DNA from: Eledone cirrhosa
Taxonomy: Eukaryota
NCBI GenBank assembly: GCA_964016885.1
Contig: CAXHJY010000359.1
Span: 1 to 64,000 of the forward strand
Direction of reading: 5' to 3'
DNA length: 64,000 nt
A program made the position numbers and the translations under genes. This document shows positions 16,328 to 29,345 of this stretch, piece after piece. Each line of letters opens with the position of its first letter. Position 1 is the first letter of the stretch. The notes under the pieces are model-generated. The model was given only the letters and a program-made list of their open reading frames with translations, was not told the DNA's origin and made no database searches.

Positions 16328-17239
16328 TACGAGGTGTCAAAAGTTCCAGGACTGATGTCACAAAAGATTTATTTCAAACCTAAACTTCACACTAAGAGGT
16401 TTTTCCTTCAAAGTAATCCCCCTGGATCTGGAGTCTAATGCACTTTTCCATCCTTTTCTGCCACGTTTGCATGCACTCCTGGAAGGATTCTTCCGGGATC
16501 CTCCGCAGTTCCGTCGTCACGGCCTTTTTGATGTCGTCTGCATCTTCAAAACGGGTCCCCTCCGGGTCGTACTCGAAGATCCATGACTCATCACCGGTGA
16601 TGACTGTCCCTAGCAAGTCTGGTTCGGTTTCAAGACGCTCGAGGATGTCCTGGCACACTTGCATGCGTCGACCCTTCTGGTCATCGTTCAGCAGTTCTGG
16701 CACCATCTTCGCGCAGACTTTTCGCATGTCCAAATCTTCAGTGAGAATCTTCCAGACGCTGTCTCGATTCATGCCCAGCTCATTTACCATCAGTCGAACA
16801 GTCAGCCGACGATCGCTACGCACCATCTGCCTGACGCGCTCAACGTTGACCTCAGTGCTGGTTGTTGAGGACCTTCCGCTCCAGGGGTCATCTTCCACGT
16901 CCTCGCGTCCTTCTTTAAACCTCTTGTACCACTCAAAAACACGTGAGCGTGACATCGTCTCATCTCCAGACACTTGCTGCAGCGGAGTTTTCCCCAACCG
17001 TACCAGAAACTTCAAGTTTGTTCGTTGCTCTGTGCTCATTGCTTGACGACCTGAAACAGATGTATATAAAATTATGAAGAAAAAAGTTTGATCGCTGCAG
17101 AGAGCTAAGATAAGTTACATGTTACATACTCCAGGGGGGGGGGGGGGTACTTTGAAGGAGAAAACTCTTAGTGTGAAGTTTGGGTTTGAAATAAATCTTT
17201 TGTGACATCAGTCCTGGAACTTTTCTGACACACCTCGTA
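16328..17239 (-). mobile_element. Mariner (Tc1/mariner) DNA transposon, internally deleted, with about 90-bp terminal inverted repeats and TA flanks
   Basis: Ends TATACGAGGTG... and ...CACCTCGTATA. The inverted repeat continues through GATGTCACAAAAGATTTATTTCAAACC..ACTAAGAG.. to about 16422 and 17145. Contains a transposase ORF. Confidence 0.95.
16392..17039 (-). CDS. Truncated mariner transposase (215 aa): HTH DNA-binding region kept, catalytic core deleted
   Basis: MSTEQRTNLKFLVRLGKT..VFEWYKRFKEGREDVEDD..DRRLTVR..KVCAKMVPELL..ITGDESWIFEYDPE joined in frame to GTRFEDADDIKKAV..WQKRMEKCI..GDYFEG. The HDNA and YSPDLAP.D motifs are missing. Confidence 0.85.
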   Translation of the reverse strand: MSTEQRTNLKFLVRLGKTPLQQVSGDETMSRSRVFEWYKRFKEGREDVEDDPWSGRSSTTSTEVNVERVRQMVRSDRRLTVRLMVNELGMNRDSVWKILTEDLDMRKVCAKMVPELLNDDQKGRRMQVCQDILERLETEPDLLGTVITGDESWIFEYDPEGTRFEDADDIKKAVTTELRRIPEESFQECMQTWQKRMEKCIRLQIQGDYFEGKTS

Positions 17240-17539
17240 TATTAAATATTAAAATGCTTTTTCATGTATTTTGTGAGTAGTTAGAATATATGAATTTTTA
17301 GTCAAAATGTATGTTCCTTATGGTGTGGAGGTGGGGTTCAACAGGTCGAGCATTCAATATACCATGTTTCTTTTACATATCTCGAATCTTTAGTTTACGT
17401 TCAATTTATTATAACAGGAACATTTAACAAAATGAGTAACTACATGAATGACTATAAAATTAGAAAAACACTAAATATTTAAAAATGGAAAAGGAAGGTG
17501 CAAGGGCTTTAGGACCACATAAGAATGGGGGTGAGGGTG

Positions 17540-18235
17540 ATAAGCTCTGGGCTTAGGGTGCGGTGGTGTTGGGGCTGTGCCTCGCGAACAGTGGCCAGCG
17601 ATACACGCTGCAACAGCCACTCCACTTCGCGGGGCTCCTTCTTCAGACGGGCAGCTGTCGTTCCGATCTTGCGGAGGAGCTCTGTAATACGGGGTCTGAG
17701 TACGCCTGAGATCTTGACGGCGACCGGTACGAAGAGAAAGCGACTGGTATGTTTGTCGTCCTTTCCTCTACATTGCGGGCCGCAGTACCGGGGCTTGTGG
17801 TCGAAACGATTAAGCTGGCGACGGAGAACGTGTCACATGTGGCGTCTCAGATGAGAGTTCTACCTTCCTTCGAGTGGGAAGGAAATTCCATCGGGGCGCT
17901 TGCCACCTCCGCGGGCGAGGCCTGCTGGCTCCAGTTGTGATGGGAAGCTAGCTGCATCCAGGCTCCTCAATATGTTGTTTCAATATGTTGTTCAAAGCGG
18001 AATGTCGGAAGCGGCCTGCGCTCTGGGGGCAAGACAGTGGATGCAGGCCGAACTTATCAACGACCACCCGGCAACGGCATTTATGTGGCTCACACATGCG
18101 GAGGCCGAAATATTGGGCCACTCCAATGTGAGTGCACTCGTCATCAAGAAAGGTACCTGTTGTTCAGGGGAGCACCGAATTGAGCCGCTGTAAAGCTGAG
18201 CAGAAACAGGCGAGGTAGTTTTGGTCCAAGCCAGA
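17540..18235 (-). mobile_element. CRE-like RLE non-LTR retrotransposon 3' fragment
   Basis: Minus strand gives LEPAGLARGGGKRPDG (RPDG endonuclease motif) and an EPREVEWLLQRVSLATVR terminal helix; degraded. Confidence 0.7.
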
Positions 18236-18885
18236 CGTCAATCCGCTTGAAAAACCTTCATTTGATGTCATCCCAGTTGCCTGAAATCTTTTTTCCGATG
18301 TGTAATCGAATGAATATGATGTTTGTCATTTGTCTAAAGTGAGTTGCATTATTTATTGCAGATGTGATACACGTAAAATCAATCTAAAACTTTTATTCAG
18401 CTGGCAATGGTAGTCAACAATTTTGTAGCAGGTTGTAGTAAAGCTAAGGAAAGTGGTATCGTCCATAACAGCACGAGCAAGTCATTTAACAATTCGTTCT
18501 CCTATATACACGGCATTAAGATATTATGTTCCTATTAATTGACATTTCACCACAAGATATGTCAATAGCAACAGCAGCAGGTGTCGAAATTGTGGTATTC
18601 ATATATCGTTGTCAGTGCTTTGCCCGGAGTATGAAATACGTGTATGGGGAAAGGAAACGGATTGGCCACTTTGAACAGGCCTCACATTGAAATCAATACA
18701 TTATATTGACAATGAATTTAAACGCCTAAACCTAAGAAAACAGATAATATAGTATAGAAAATGCACTAAGAAAATGCACGTTCAAATAAGAAGTTTTAAA
18801 TAAACTAGAATTATGAATATATCTATGCTGACTCGTAATAGCTGTGAATTTGATTCCAAAGAGAATGTGAGGCCTAAACGCCTCT

Positions 18886-19012
18886 GAAGGCGTCTGGCTT
18901 AGCGGTCAGAAAATTGGATTCGGAATCGTGAGGTTGCTAGTTAGTTTCCCGGACCGGGCGATGCATTATGTCCTTGAGCAAAACACTAAGATACTTTATT
19001 TCACGTTGCTCT
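18886..19012 (+). mobile_element. tRNA-derived SINE head
   Basis: GGCGTCTGGCTTAGCGGTCAG A-box-like start, then TCCCGGACCGGGCG..TGTCCTTGAGCAAAACACT..TTTCACGTTGCTC. Confidence 0.6.
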
Positions 19013-19629
19013 TTCTGATTTTAGCACGGTTGCAGAATGTTTTATAGTCAGATTTTAGTGGAAAGTGTAACCACTTTGAACGAAGCGCCAGTGGTTTCAC
19101 GGCTGCGGCTTTTCTTTTTTGCTTTGCGTCTTCCGGAACATAGGTGTTCTCGTTTGATATTGGCCTTCATATTTTTCTGCCACTATGTGGTGTTGCCATT
19201 TGTCTGCCACACAATTTCATATTAGCATGTATGTATTGTTTTGTCTTTAGTGTAAATCTAGGCGTCTCTCAAGTCGAACCATAGCTACATGCTACTTTTT
19301 ATCATAGGAACCATAAATTAGCAACCCAGTTTGAAGATTTTCTTAGTAGTAGGTGTTGCAAATGGCTCTACCAACATGCTAGCCACAATCTGTTGTGGTT
19401 GGCTGTGCGAGATATATAAAATTATTTTTTATAGCTCTTTAGGCTAGTTATATTTATGATGTGCGGGTACTAACAATTTTCTGAAGCATCACTTCCGACT
19501 ACAAAACGTGTATATATTGTATTATATACTACAATATATATATATATCTATACAGGGTTCACGCCGACTATTCATAAATCCAACTTTACACCCACTGTAA
19601 AGTTCCCATTCTACCGACCAGCCGTGCAT

Positions 19630-21280
19630 AATTGATCATGTCTATCCATTCTCAGCCATTTCAGTTTCGGGCACTGGCAACTCAGTTGCGAAATGGTTTC
19701 CGACGCTGCACCACAACGCCTGTCGAACTTGGATCCGCGTCCTCCTCGCGTCAGGCATTCGTGAGTCGGAAAGGTGCTCGATCGCAGTTTAAAGCAGCTT
19801 TAAAAGCTACTCTCGGGTATCCTGCCCGACCGAAGCAACCGAGCGTTCCCAGGCTTATTGCCCTAGAAAGAACACGCACACATGCTCTGAAGGGGTTGGT
19901 ATTGACGTAGGCCCGAGTTGTAGGCGGCAACTGCTGATAAGGGTGGCGACGGGAGGCCATTGCGGGCCACGATATTAATATTGTTTTTGGCAAGTTCTGC
20001 AGTCTCGACCAGAATAAGTACGGTATCGTAAGGAGGCGGTGGTTACGGCGGATAAAACTAGCTGGAATCAATTTGGGCAGTTGGAAAACTCCAAGACCAC
20101 CCATTCGAGCTGTATAGGAAGTGCACAGAGGTCTCTCGTAGAGGTGGACAATCTTACGAGTCGTGGAGCGACGATCGAGTCTAATGCTTCCAAGGCGCTG
20201 CGGGCTAGCACATTGTGACACTGTTGACTAAAATATTTACTTAAATTCTTAATTGAGAAGGTGGCGCATTTGGAGACATTGACCACCGGGTCAACCTCGC
20301 TGAAGAAATCAATGTTTTTATTGACTAAGCGCTGAAGTCTCACGGTAGTCAGCCAAGAGTACTGTTATTAGCGTCCATCGTATACTTCGCGGATAGAGGA
20401 CAAAGCCTCAACGACGAGATCCGTGGCGATGTTAGAGTAGAAGCAATAGTACGTCCCCTTGTTTGACAACCCGCAAGATCGGAATGAGTTCAGTCAATTA
20501 CGGAAGCATATTGACCGCTAATTGGTCGCACAGAAAATGAAGATTAAATGAAATAACGTTTCGTTGGAAATTGAACTGGTGGTTCTAAATGACAGGAACT
20601 GTGTGTTGAATTGGAACATATGTCACTAATGTTCAATTGATTTCTAGAATGTACTGGTTTGATTTTCCACACGTGGTCACGGAAGACATTTATCTACGAG
20701 CACGAAACATGAACTGACTTTTAGCCTTAGGGAGCAGCATTTCGCTGACGGATTAATCCCTGAAAGCTGGATATCATCGATTTTTAGATACACTAATATT
20801 GATCGTGTTTCCCCCATGATTTCACTGAAAATTTACCGCGCGTTTGACCTCAATAGAATAATGTATATCCATTGACCAGACGCTGCAGTCTCGCCGGAGA
20901 ATCAGCCACCAGGGCATTGTCGTTCACGTACACCAAGTTAGATATACGTACTCCTGTCAACCTCTAAGTCACAGTTGATTTACAGGAGTGAGAGAACGAC
21001 GTCCTGTTCGACTCCTTGGCTGATTTCGGTAAATCTGCTCGTTTCCGCTCATTCCGAGAATTTTTGTGGCCCAGCCGTCAGATCTTTCGTGCATCGATCG
21101 TATATGCTCGTGAAAGTCACGTCATCTCGTGCATGCAAAAAAGCAAGTGCTACGTCGTACCGATGTCCATCACCAGGTCGATGAAAACCACATCCAACAT
21201 GTGTTACATTTTCAGATATGGGGAACAATTGCTAGAGAGCTGTCCAGACATCCAAGGAGATGCCGAGTTCTGCTTCGTTT
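19630..21280 (-). mobile_element. R2-like non-LTR retrotransposon RT fragments, interrupted by other repeats
   Basis: LQRLVNKNIDFF..VNVSKCATFSI, RKIVHLY..RMGGLG and PFRACVRVL segments. 20950-21260 is homologous to the RT core at 22.9-23.3 kb. Confidence 0.65.
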
Positions 21281-22399
21281 AGTGTAGAGCGAAGCAAAGT
21301 CCTGGGTTGCCTGTGTTCGGGTGTGTATTTACAATTTTTACTATTTCCTCATCTGCAGTTTCACCACTTGCTCACCCCCTCAGCGGTCTGGTGTCATGAG
21401 AATGAGTTGATAGATTTTATTAGAAATAATGACTTATGAATGACTTGAAGTGAGGTAGAGGGATACAACGCGTCAGCCCCAGTCTCTCGTCACTGCCTAT
21501 CTATATCCAATGGCAAGACAATCGAAATGACTGGAAATGCAATGGATGGCTAGCAATGGCATATACCTCACTGTTCCCTAATTGCTCTCCACAGCTCTGT
21601 ACTATGTTACACATTCTACTCGTTGGACCATTATGGGTTAGTTTCCATGTAGTCCACTGTATCAGTCTTTACAGGTATAAAGTTTTAGCCACTATTGTCG
21701 GTTAACCCTTGAGTTCCTCCGCCCTTTCATAGGTTTTGCTTTTCACTCCCATAGGGTGTCCCGAAATTACCCTGCAGGCTTGGTGAGGTTGCCGGTTTAG
21801 TCGATGAACTAACCATGTAATAGGTTGTACTGAGTTACATGTTACCAGTAGCGCTCGAGAGCGACCTAAGTGGACCTACTTACACTACAAACCTCAGATA
21901 TGTACGAGTAGACGGGTCAGAGAAGTGCCACTAACCTACGGACAGAACATAAAACCAAATTTAGGTTTCGCCAGGCAAGACGTGATGACCGATCTTTTGA
22001 TGCTAATGCGCTGGAAAAGCTAAGCTTCCTTTCGAGCATCACTTGATAATTCTATTTGAAGAGCCGCCAAAAATGACAAAAAGCTCGTTGTCAGCGGTTT
22101 AGCAGTGACCCCCGTCCTGACATTCGTATCAGCATCTATGGTATGAAGAGTATCTAATATATTTAAGAAACCTGTATTACCAACACCTCCACCAAACTGT
22201 CAATTAAATTATATTTGTTTTGATGTGACTATTATTTCCAATATAGTTTCTCTACACTCATCAACGAAACTCTTGAGGCTAGTGGTCTGGTCTGTAGTCT
22301 CTCTACACGAACAAGATAGCGTAGTGCGGCATAACTAGAGACCAGCAGACGAAGATTCTTGCGAATCGCGATGGAAGGAATCTTTTTCGTCAATTGACA

Positions 22400-24560
22400 G
22401 TCAGCCCAATATCTCGTCTGCTACAATAGAGGAAAGAAACATAGGTCGTTTCATGCAGATACAGTATCTTATGGGTCCCTGCACGATTAGCCGTGTCCAG
22501 CGCTTCAAGATTACTCTGGGCAGGCGACACATGCGACAAGGTGTAGAACAGCCTCGGAAAGTAATATTGCTGCAAAAGATGTAACCTTTGTCTGGGTCCC
22601 AGTGGAGCTCTGCATATTTTATCGATACAGTGACACCTTCTCCACTGAAACACCGATCTTGGAGTCCGGCCATGGGCCAATATTGACCCCTAAGTAAGAG
22701 CATTTATCTGCAGGTTCGATTCTCGAGAGCTGAGTTCCATCGATCTCTGGACATCGATCTCTGGAGGAGGATCCGTGTTGACCAAGAAAGGTTTCTCCCA
22801 CGATTGTACCGAAAACTAGGCGCATTTAGATATTCATCGCTGGCCACACTTCACGGCAGAACGACACGTATCTGTCAACGAGATGTTGCAGCTCCATTGG
22901 AGAGCCGACAACTAGCGCATTATCGTCCCCATACACCAAGGTCGACAACCCCACATCTTTAACCAGTCAGCCACAGTTGGACAGAACGTCCATCAGCGAG
23001 TCCGTGGCTATGTTAAAAAGAAGAGGCGAGAGTGTATCTCTCTGCCGGACTCTACGCTTGATATCAATGAGTCTGCTCGTTTCCGCTCCGACCGAGAATT
23101 TTGTACCGCATCCTTCATAAAGACCTTTCACGACACCGATCATATGTTCGTGAAAGTCTTCTCATGGCTGCAAGCTCGAGTGATAGCAGAACCGATTGGA
23201 AGACCTTGGCCAGGTCGATGAAGGCAACGTCCAACCACCGGATCCTCAATCACGCTTCCATGCTGCGTTTGAGAAGCTGTTGCAGCAAGAACACGGTCTC
23301 GCTGCAACCGTCAGCACTTACGAATCCCCTTTCGGAAGAATTCAGAGGGGTTACCTGAAACATCCTATTGGAGAGTAACTTGGTGTATAGGCGATAAAGG
23401 ATAGAGCATATCGTCAGGGGTCTCCAATTAGATAGGTCATGCGGATCATCCATCTTCTTAGGATTCAGGACAGACCTGCCGAGTTTCAAGCCATCGGATA
23501 GCTTCCAAATCCCGCAACATGCAGTTAAAGGTTCGCAAGAATTGCAGGGTCGTTGGCGCGAACCTGTCGGTGTGATTTCGTCGGTCCCCGGGGCAGAGGT
23601 TGATCTCTTACACCTCCGTACCACAACAACCTCAAACGAGGCGAATGGTTGCAAAAGCGGTGCGTTATCCGCCAGTTTCGTTCCAGGATAAGCACCGAGA
23701 TCGACCTCCAGTCCCGGGTGGGAAAACTTGCCCGAATAAAAACCGACTCGATGTCGGCAACTGGGAAAGGACACCCCCATTGGTTTTCGTCCACTAAAAT
23801 CACAAGGAGCTTCTTCCTATTACGATCGTACAAATTCTGGTAGCGAGCATAAAGCGCCCTACTTCCTTTACTTTTACTACCAGAATTCCTGTAGGGCCGT
23901 TTCGGTCTTCTCCTTACGGTCTTAATACGTCTCCTACGTGAGCGTGCCTGCTCCAACCATCCTCTAACACACTGCGCAACCGCGCTCCGGCCCTCGTCCG
24001 TGACCTCATCACATAATGTGGTGAGGCACTCGTCAAAAGCAGCGCACCATCGAGAGCGACTCGCCTCCACTGCAGCGCCGAGCGAATTCCTCTAGGCGGC
24101 ATCGTAAGATGCCGGAGAACCAGTTCCACTCACCTGGCTAGGCCGCCGCTCGCCAGCCGACTTACTTACGCGGGTAGGGGACTAATTCCTGCACTTCTTT
24201 TTATTCAAATCGCTCCTTTTCGAAATAATTTGCTGAACGGATTTTCCAGGCAGAAACGGAGCGATACCTGCGTGGATGTGACCCACCGCAAGGAGTTCTT
24301 TCTTCACTTCACGCATCGCCACCTCCTCTTCAGGCCAACACGAGTATCGGGTAGCGCAGCCGTCTCCCAAGGGGCGGCTGCCGCACGAGTTGCACACTAA
24401 CGCTCGACTTCCGTAGCGTGCCTTGCGATCCTCCGCCGATTGGAAATCTATTCGGAACGCACATACGAATGGTAATTGTCGGTAGAGCTACATCAATACT
24501 TTGCGGCTGGCCAGGATACCCCATCTTATTCGTTCTAGTCAATGGTTTAACGGCCCCCCC
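22400..24560 (-). mobile_element. R2-like RLE non-LTR retrotransposon, copy A (5' end, Myb domain, RT), pseudogenised
   Basis: Myb-like WPEEEVAM..IAPFLPGKSVQQIISKR. RT motifs SAPGTDEI, NWRPLTICSILYRLY..ERGF..GCSE, AFIDLAKVF, LSPLLFNI, VYGDD, YLGVNIGPW, RAPLGPRQRLHLLQQYYFPRL. Confidence 0.85.
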
Positions 24561-24964
24561 AACTGTCGTATGTATTCGTCATATCGATATACTTTCCATT
24601 TTTGGTATATGCTCTTAGTTCGTCGTTACGTGGAAGACAACTCGAGAATGGTTGCACCTGTGAAGACAGCGACCGTCACCGTAAGCACTCTTCTCGTGAC
24701 AAGGTGGTGTAGTTAAGAGAAAGCTGTTATAGCTAATGTATCTCACTACGTGTCGTATCTCGTGGTTTAAATGTCTACATTTGCCAAACACCAGATATAG
24801 CCGTCATTCAACCACTCTTTAACGACATCCAGTCAATTGTTGGCACCTTCCTCGTTCTGTCCTAACAGTTTCTCCATCAATACTATTGCCAGCAGTCCAT
24901 TAGCCCACATGTACCTAAACTATTCCAACTCTTTCCTTTTGACTATACCTTGAGCTTAAGTAAT

Positions 24965-25215
24965 AGTCCTTTCGTTACAATGTTTCTAATGAGATTGTTT
25001 ATGATACACAAATTCTTCAGACAACGCAGAATCTGTTGATTTAGTAATATAACTTTATTTCTCATTAAGTTGGTGTTTGGAACATTAAGGTTCTTACATA
25101 AGATTATGACGGAAGGTTTTTTTTTTTTTTTTTTTTTGCTTTGATAATTATAAATACTTTAAAATAAACGGCTTACATATGATCAGTGGCGGTTTCAGGT
25201 TTGTAATTGAGGGTT
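24965..25215. mobile_element. Short non-autonomous repeat (piggyBac-like MITE); further copies at about 34575-34812 and 36388-36616
   Basis: Three copies start with CC(T/G)TTCGTTAC and end GGCGGTTTCAG..AGGGTT, sharing the TTTGGAACATTAAG core; weak terminal inverted repeats. Confidence 0.5.
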
Positions 25216-26149
25216 ATTTTCTGAAGACATCCTGAAATTGATTGGCACCGCACCAGGAATATATCCTGTTAGTATCCACATTCTCAGGAACATTCTTAGT
25301 GGGGAAAAACACACAAAACGAGTAACTCCGAATGTAGGATGGCTTAAGGCTTGTTCAAGGCGAAGTATCTGAATGGTGACATTTTTCACCATTCAGATAC
25401 TTTCCATTTGGCTCCTACCCATAATACATGTAATAGCAGGAAAAGGTGAAATCTCTTTAAAAAAAGACATCCTCGTGCGCGCCCCGTGGGGTCCATTGAA
25501 AAATCCGCCAAAAAGTTTCGCGCTAAGATTCGGACAAATGTTCGAAACATTCTGGTGGAGCTGAGCCATGCAGTATGGTGCTACCAGTTTATTAGGGAGC
25601 AATCATTAATGATACCAAAAAAGCTACAGCACCGAGCTGCATGCCCTATCGAAACCGATTGGACATGCAGAATAGACCATTGACCCAATCAGCTGCGGAC
25701 GCAATAGGGAGGGCCTCACGCAGCTGCCAGCTGGATGGAGTCTGAGATGGTCTTACGTCCGGGTATAAATGGGGTCCTTTATTAGCACCTAAAGCATATG
25801 GGGGATCGAGATCAGACAGCACAGCTGCCTAACCCGAGATATGAAACGCCTAATATCAGGCTAGCCGGCATGACTAGTAAATTTGTGGGTGTGACCCGAC
25901 GCCATTAACGAACGAACGTCCACCTTTAGAAACGATTGATATCCCACTGAACCATAAACAGTTGGGTTGTTTGTCACACCAACTCCCACTCGTTATGCCG
26001 GACATACATTGCTGTCTAAACAGCACTTCAGAACCGCTAAAGTATGCCTCTCCATCACCTCCACAGCAGGTTGGGCCCCTTCAGTTACTGAAGCATAGCT
26101 TACGTTTCTGGCACCACAGGACGACACAACGTCTGAAACGACTCATCTG

Positions 26150-26480
26150 TGCTCCCTAGCACCGATATGGCCTCGTCGGCGACCTTGGACGAAGCTCTAT
26201 ATGCACCAACGGGCAGCTGTGAACCACGTCTCGCCCATCCAATTCTTCCTGAAGTAGAGCAATCGGTGGCTGATATTTACGCACCTTCTCCGCTGCCTCG
26301 TCATTCAAGCCTGTGCATTGCTCGTACCGAACTGTTATACCCACCTCCGCAGTGAATCCCACCTTTCTCGAGGCCAAATCTGGGATAAGTCTTCTTTTTC
26401 CACATAAGATGGCCCACAGCCAACCATCCAACCGTGGCGTATGCTTTCGCCTGCAAAGATGGTTTTTCTTGGTCATGTGG
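26150..26480 (-). mobile_element. R2-like restriction-like endonuclease fragment (second copy at about 35750-35980)
   Basis: LIPDL..AEVGITVRYE..LNDEAAEKVRKY, a PD..(D/E)..K..KY pattern. Confidence 0.75.
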
Positions 26481-27189
26481 ATGACCAAGAAAAACTATCG
26501 TTGGCTATGTTCTCTGGCATTTAACTTAATTTTCAATTCAGAAAATATAAGAGACGCCTTTCCCTCCTGGTTTAGTGTGGGAGGTTCCACGGCCTACGCC
26601 AAAAGCGACATCTGCATAACGCCGTGTCCCAGTCAGTCCGGTAGTAAAGTCCAATCCTTTTCTAAAATGTCCTAAACTAAAGTAAGGTGGTCGTGCACCG
26701 CTCGACCACCCGTTTGTAACGCGCTTCGGGTCCTATTTTTCCTTCTCTCTTCCTATAAACATTAGTAAACTTATTAGTTAAAAACAAACATTATAACGTA
26801 ACGCGTAACCCTGCAATGGGGTGGGGGGTGAGGGCGTGCTATCGTGCACCCAGTACGAACGCCCAGACTAGCGGAACCGGCGGAGGCGTCTTACATCTCC
26901 ATCACTCGGATATCTATTCGACCGCTTGCTCAAGTTAGTCGAAATTCTTTTTTCTAAAGAAAATAAAAAAGAAAAGAGGAAGAGATTCTAGACCCTAACG
27001 CCCCCCTCCCCCCCAAAAAACCCCTGAGGCAATCATCCCCCGGACCCGGCAAGGGTTCATAAAGGAGAAAAGGGGATTAGACGACAGGCAGCCACAGTGG
27101 AGGGGACTCGGAAGCGTCCAGAGACCCCCATATGTGGGTGATTGTCTCTGCAGATGCATGGCAGCGTCCGCATGCCTTCGATCCGTGTC

Positions 27190-27580
27190 CTCCTCTCAAG
27201 ACATTCGCGAGAGGGGAATGTATAGGTTTGCATCTTAAGCCAATTCAAAAAGCACCACCCCGAAATACCACTCGGCTGGAATAATCGATGTCGATTGTGT
27301 TATCCCGGACAAGCTGAGATGGCCACGTTTCGGCATGTTTGCTGTAGAATCCAGGCGTGTACCTCATTGAACCTGACGGAACCTGGCAAAATGTAACATA
27401 ACGATAAATTGCCATTCCGTGTGATGAAGTCTGCAGCCTTCGACAAAGGTGTGCGGTCGGTCAGCGAGTACGTGTGTTGTCTTGCAGAGACTAATTTGAT
27501 AAAATGTCTTCTCGGCTTAGCATAATGGTCTACGTAGTCGTTTGGTCTACTGAAGATGCGAGGCTTTTTCATTCCCGCTG
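27190..27580 (-). mobile_element. R2-like fragment between RT and zinc knuckle
   Basis: Homologous to 40560-40780 (FLNWLKMQTYTFP versus FLNCVKMRINMNP; shared GTCTGCAG..GACAAAG segment). Confidence 0.55.
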
Positions 27581-28267
27581 ACGGTTCCGTCCTATTTTTT
27601 CATCTCTGGGCTATAAATTTGTGAAGTACACTATATCTACTATTGATTTGTATTAAAGATTTTTGTTGAACATATTTCATTTGGAATTGATGCTCTATGG
27701 TCATTTTCTGTGGATTGGTATTTTTGGTATTGCCACCTCTCTCTATCTTCAGATTCGTTCCAACCGTATTTATGTATATCGAGGAATGTTTGTCATTTAA
27801 TTTATTTAGACGGTAGGGTGTTATTTGAGGGAGATTAGATTCCTTTTTCTAGTAGAAATTGGATTTCTACTGTGAGAAAGTTGAAGACTACATAATAATA
27901 ATGGCCTTGTAACATTTCTAGAATGTTGTCCCTCAACTTTATATTTTTCATAACTTATAAAAAAGTATGTTTCTAGTTTGAGCTGGTAGATTACAAATAA
28001 ACTTGTCACCTTTTCCTGAAATGTCGCTCCCCGCTTTTTTCACGCATGCTTTAAATACGAAAGTATGTATACACAATATATTTGTACGTTGAGCAGAAAG
28101 ATGGAAAACTGTTTCCCCTCCTTATTATTTAGATGTAAGTAAAAGTATGTTTATATTTAACATATGAGTGTGTAGCATTGTTGATAATAGAAACGGAAAC
28201 CGTTATTGTAGTTTCACTCCAACCTATCAGTTCGTTCTACACGAATACATCTCTAGTAATAGACAGG

Positions 28268-28420
28268 TAGACGTAGCATGGTTGACTGGTTAAGAAATTT
28301 GTTTGACTATCATTAAGTCGTCCCAGGTGAGGTCTCACTGTGTAGCATCTAGGACAAGTGTCATTTATCAAAGCCTCCGTCTGACTCGGGCCTTGTGAGT
28401 GAAATTGGGTAGACGGGAAT
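28268..28420 (+). mobile_element. SINE (paralogous copy at 44503-44640)
   Basis: GTAGCATGGTTGACTGGTTAAGAAATTTG head and GGACAAGTGTC..GCCTTGTGAGTGAAATTGGGTAGACGG tail; related fragment at about 14530-14640. Confidence 0.6.
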
Positions 28421-28644
28421 TTTTTTTTATAGTACCGTCATATGGACTGTACCTGTTATTTAAAAGGAAGTTATCGCTTTGAATCTCCCTGCGAACTACA
28501 ATAACAATGTCTGTGAAAAGCTCAACAATTTGTACGTTAATTTCACATTCATCCTGTTCTTTTTGACCGAACTGGAACAATCATCGTTAAAATTGACGGA
28601 GATCCCTTCCATTCCAGCAATAGTTAGCTGAAATTGAGTGCAAA

Positions 28645-29345
28645 CAATACGTGATTTATTTTTGTCAATTTAAAGATCGTAAAAGAGAGGTCATGTCTTA
28701 ATCTGTATGGTGAGCAAATGGGTCCCACGTGCTGGCCTCCCAACAGACCCGGCGGACAGAATGGAGAAGGCGTTTCCCCGGAGGATGGTAAGGGAGATGC
28801 GCTGGAAGAGCCATTCCAACTCGCGAGGCTCACACCTGCAGCTGGCCAGCTCAGCGCTTATAGTGGGTAATAGGAGGTGGGCCAAGGACACCAGAAGTTG
28901 CCACTGCCAAGGGCCAATCAGCTCGAGTTGGGAGGGAAAGCCTGCAGTGTCCAAGCCATGCTTTATGACCTCGTTGAGGGCAGCATGGCGTAAAAGGCGA
29001 CCGGCACTGTGGCGAAAGGAAAGCAGGTGGAGGCCGAAAGAGTCCACGGTGAGGGACATTTACACGGTGGATCCACAGGGACATTTATGTGGCTCGCAGA
29101 TCCGGAATCCAAGCCTTAAGGAAACGCCGATGCGCAGGCTATCGTTATTCAGCTGCGTGCCAGTGGAGAAAGGGGGTAAGGCAAGGAGCCAGGCACCACT
29201 GTGGGGTTTGGAGGCCGCGTGAAAGCAGGGAAGACACCCCTATCTCACTCACCAGGGGTGTTCAGACCCGCCTGGCTAAACTCAAGCTGGTTCGGCCCGC
29301 CAGCCAAGGCAGTTTACCGGGGTGTGGCCGCTGTCGCACGTTACA
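28645..29345 (-). mobile_element. CRE-like RLE non-LTR retrotransposon 3' end, internally deleted
   Basis: [35 protein letters not shown] and [28 protein letters not shown], followed by a 3' UTR with AATAAA. Absent from the paralogous site near 44850. Confidence 0.8.

Noticed and set aside
16438-17046. 202-aa plus-strand ORF
   Set aside because: Antisense shadow of the mariner transposase ORF.
15677-19012. tRNA-like A/B-box sequences at 15677 and 18886
   Set aside because: No complete cloverleaf, and they continue into shared SINE bodies, so they are not tRNA genes.
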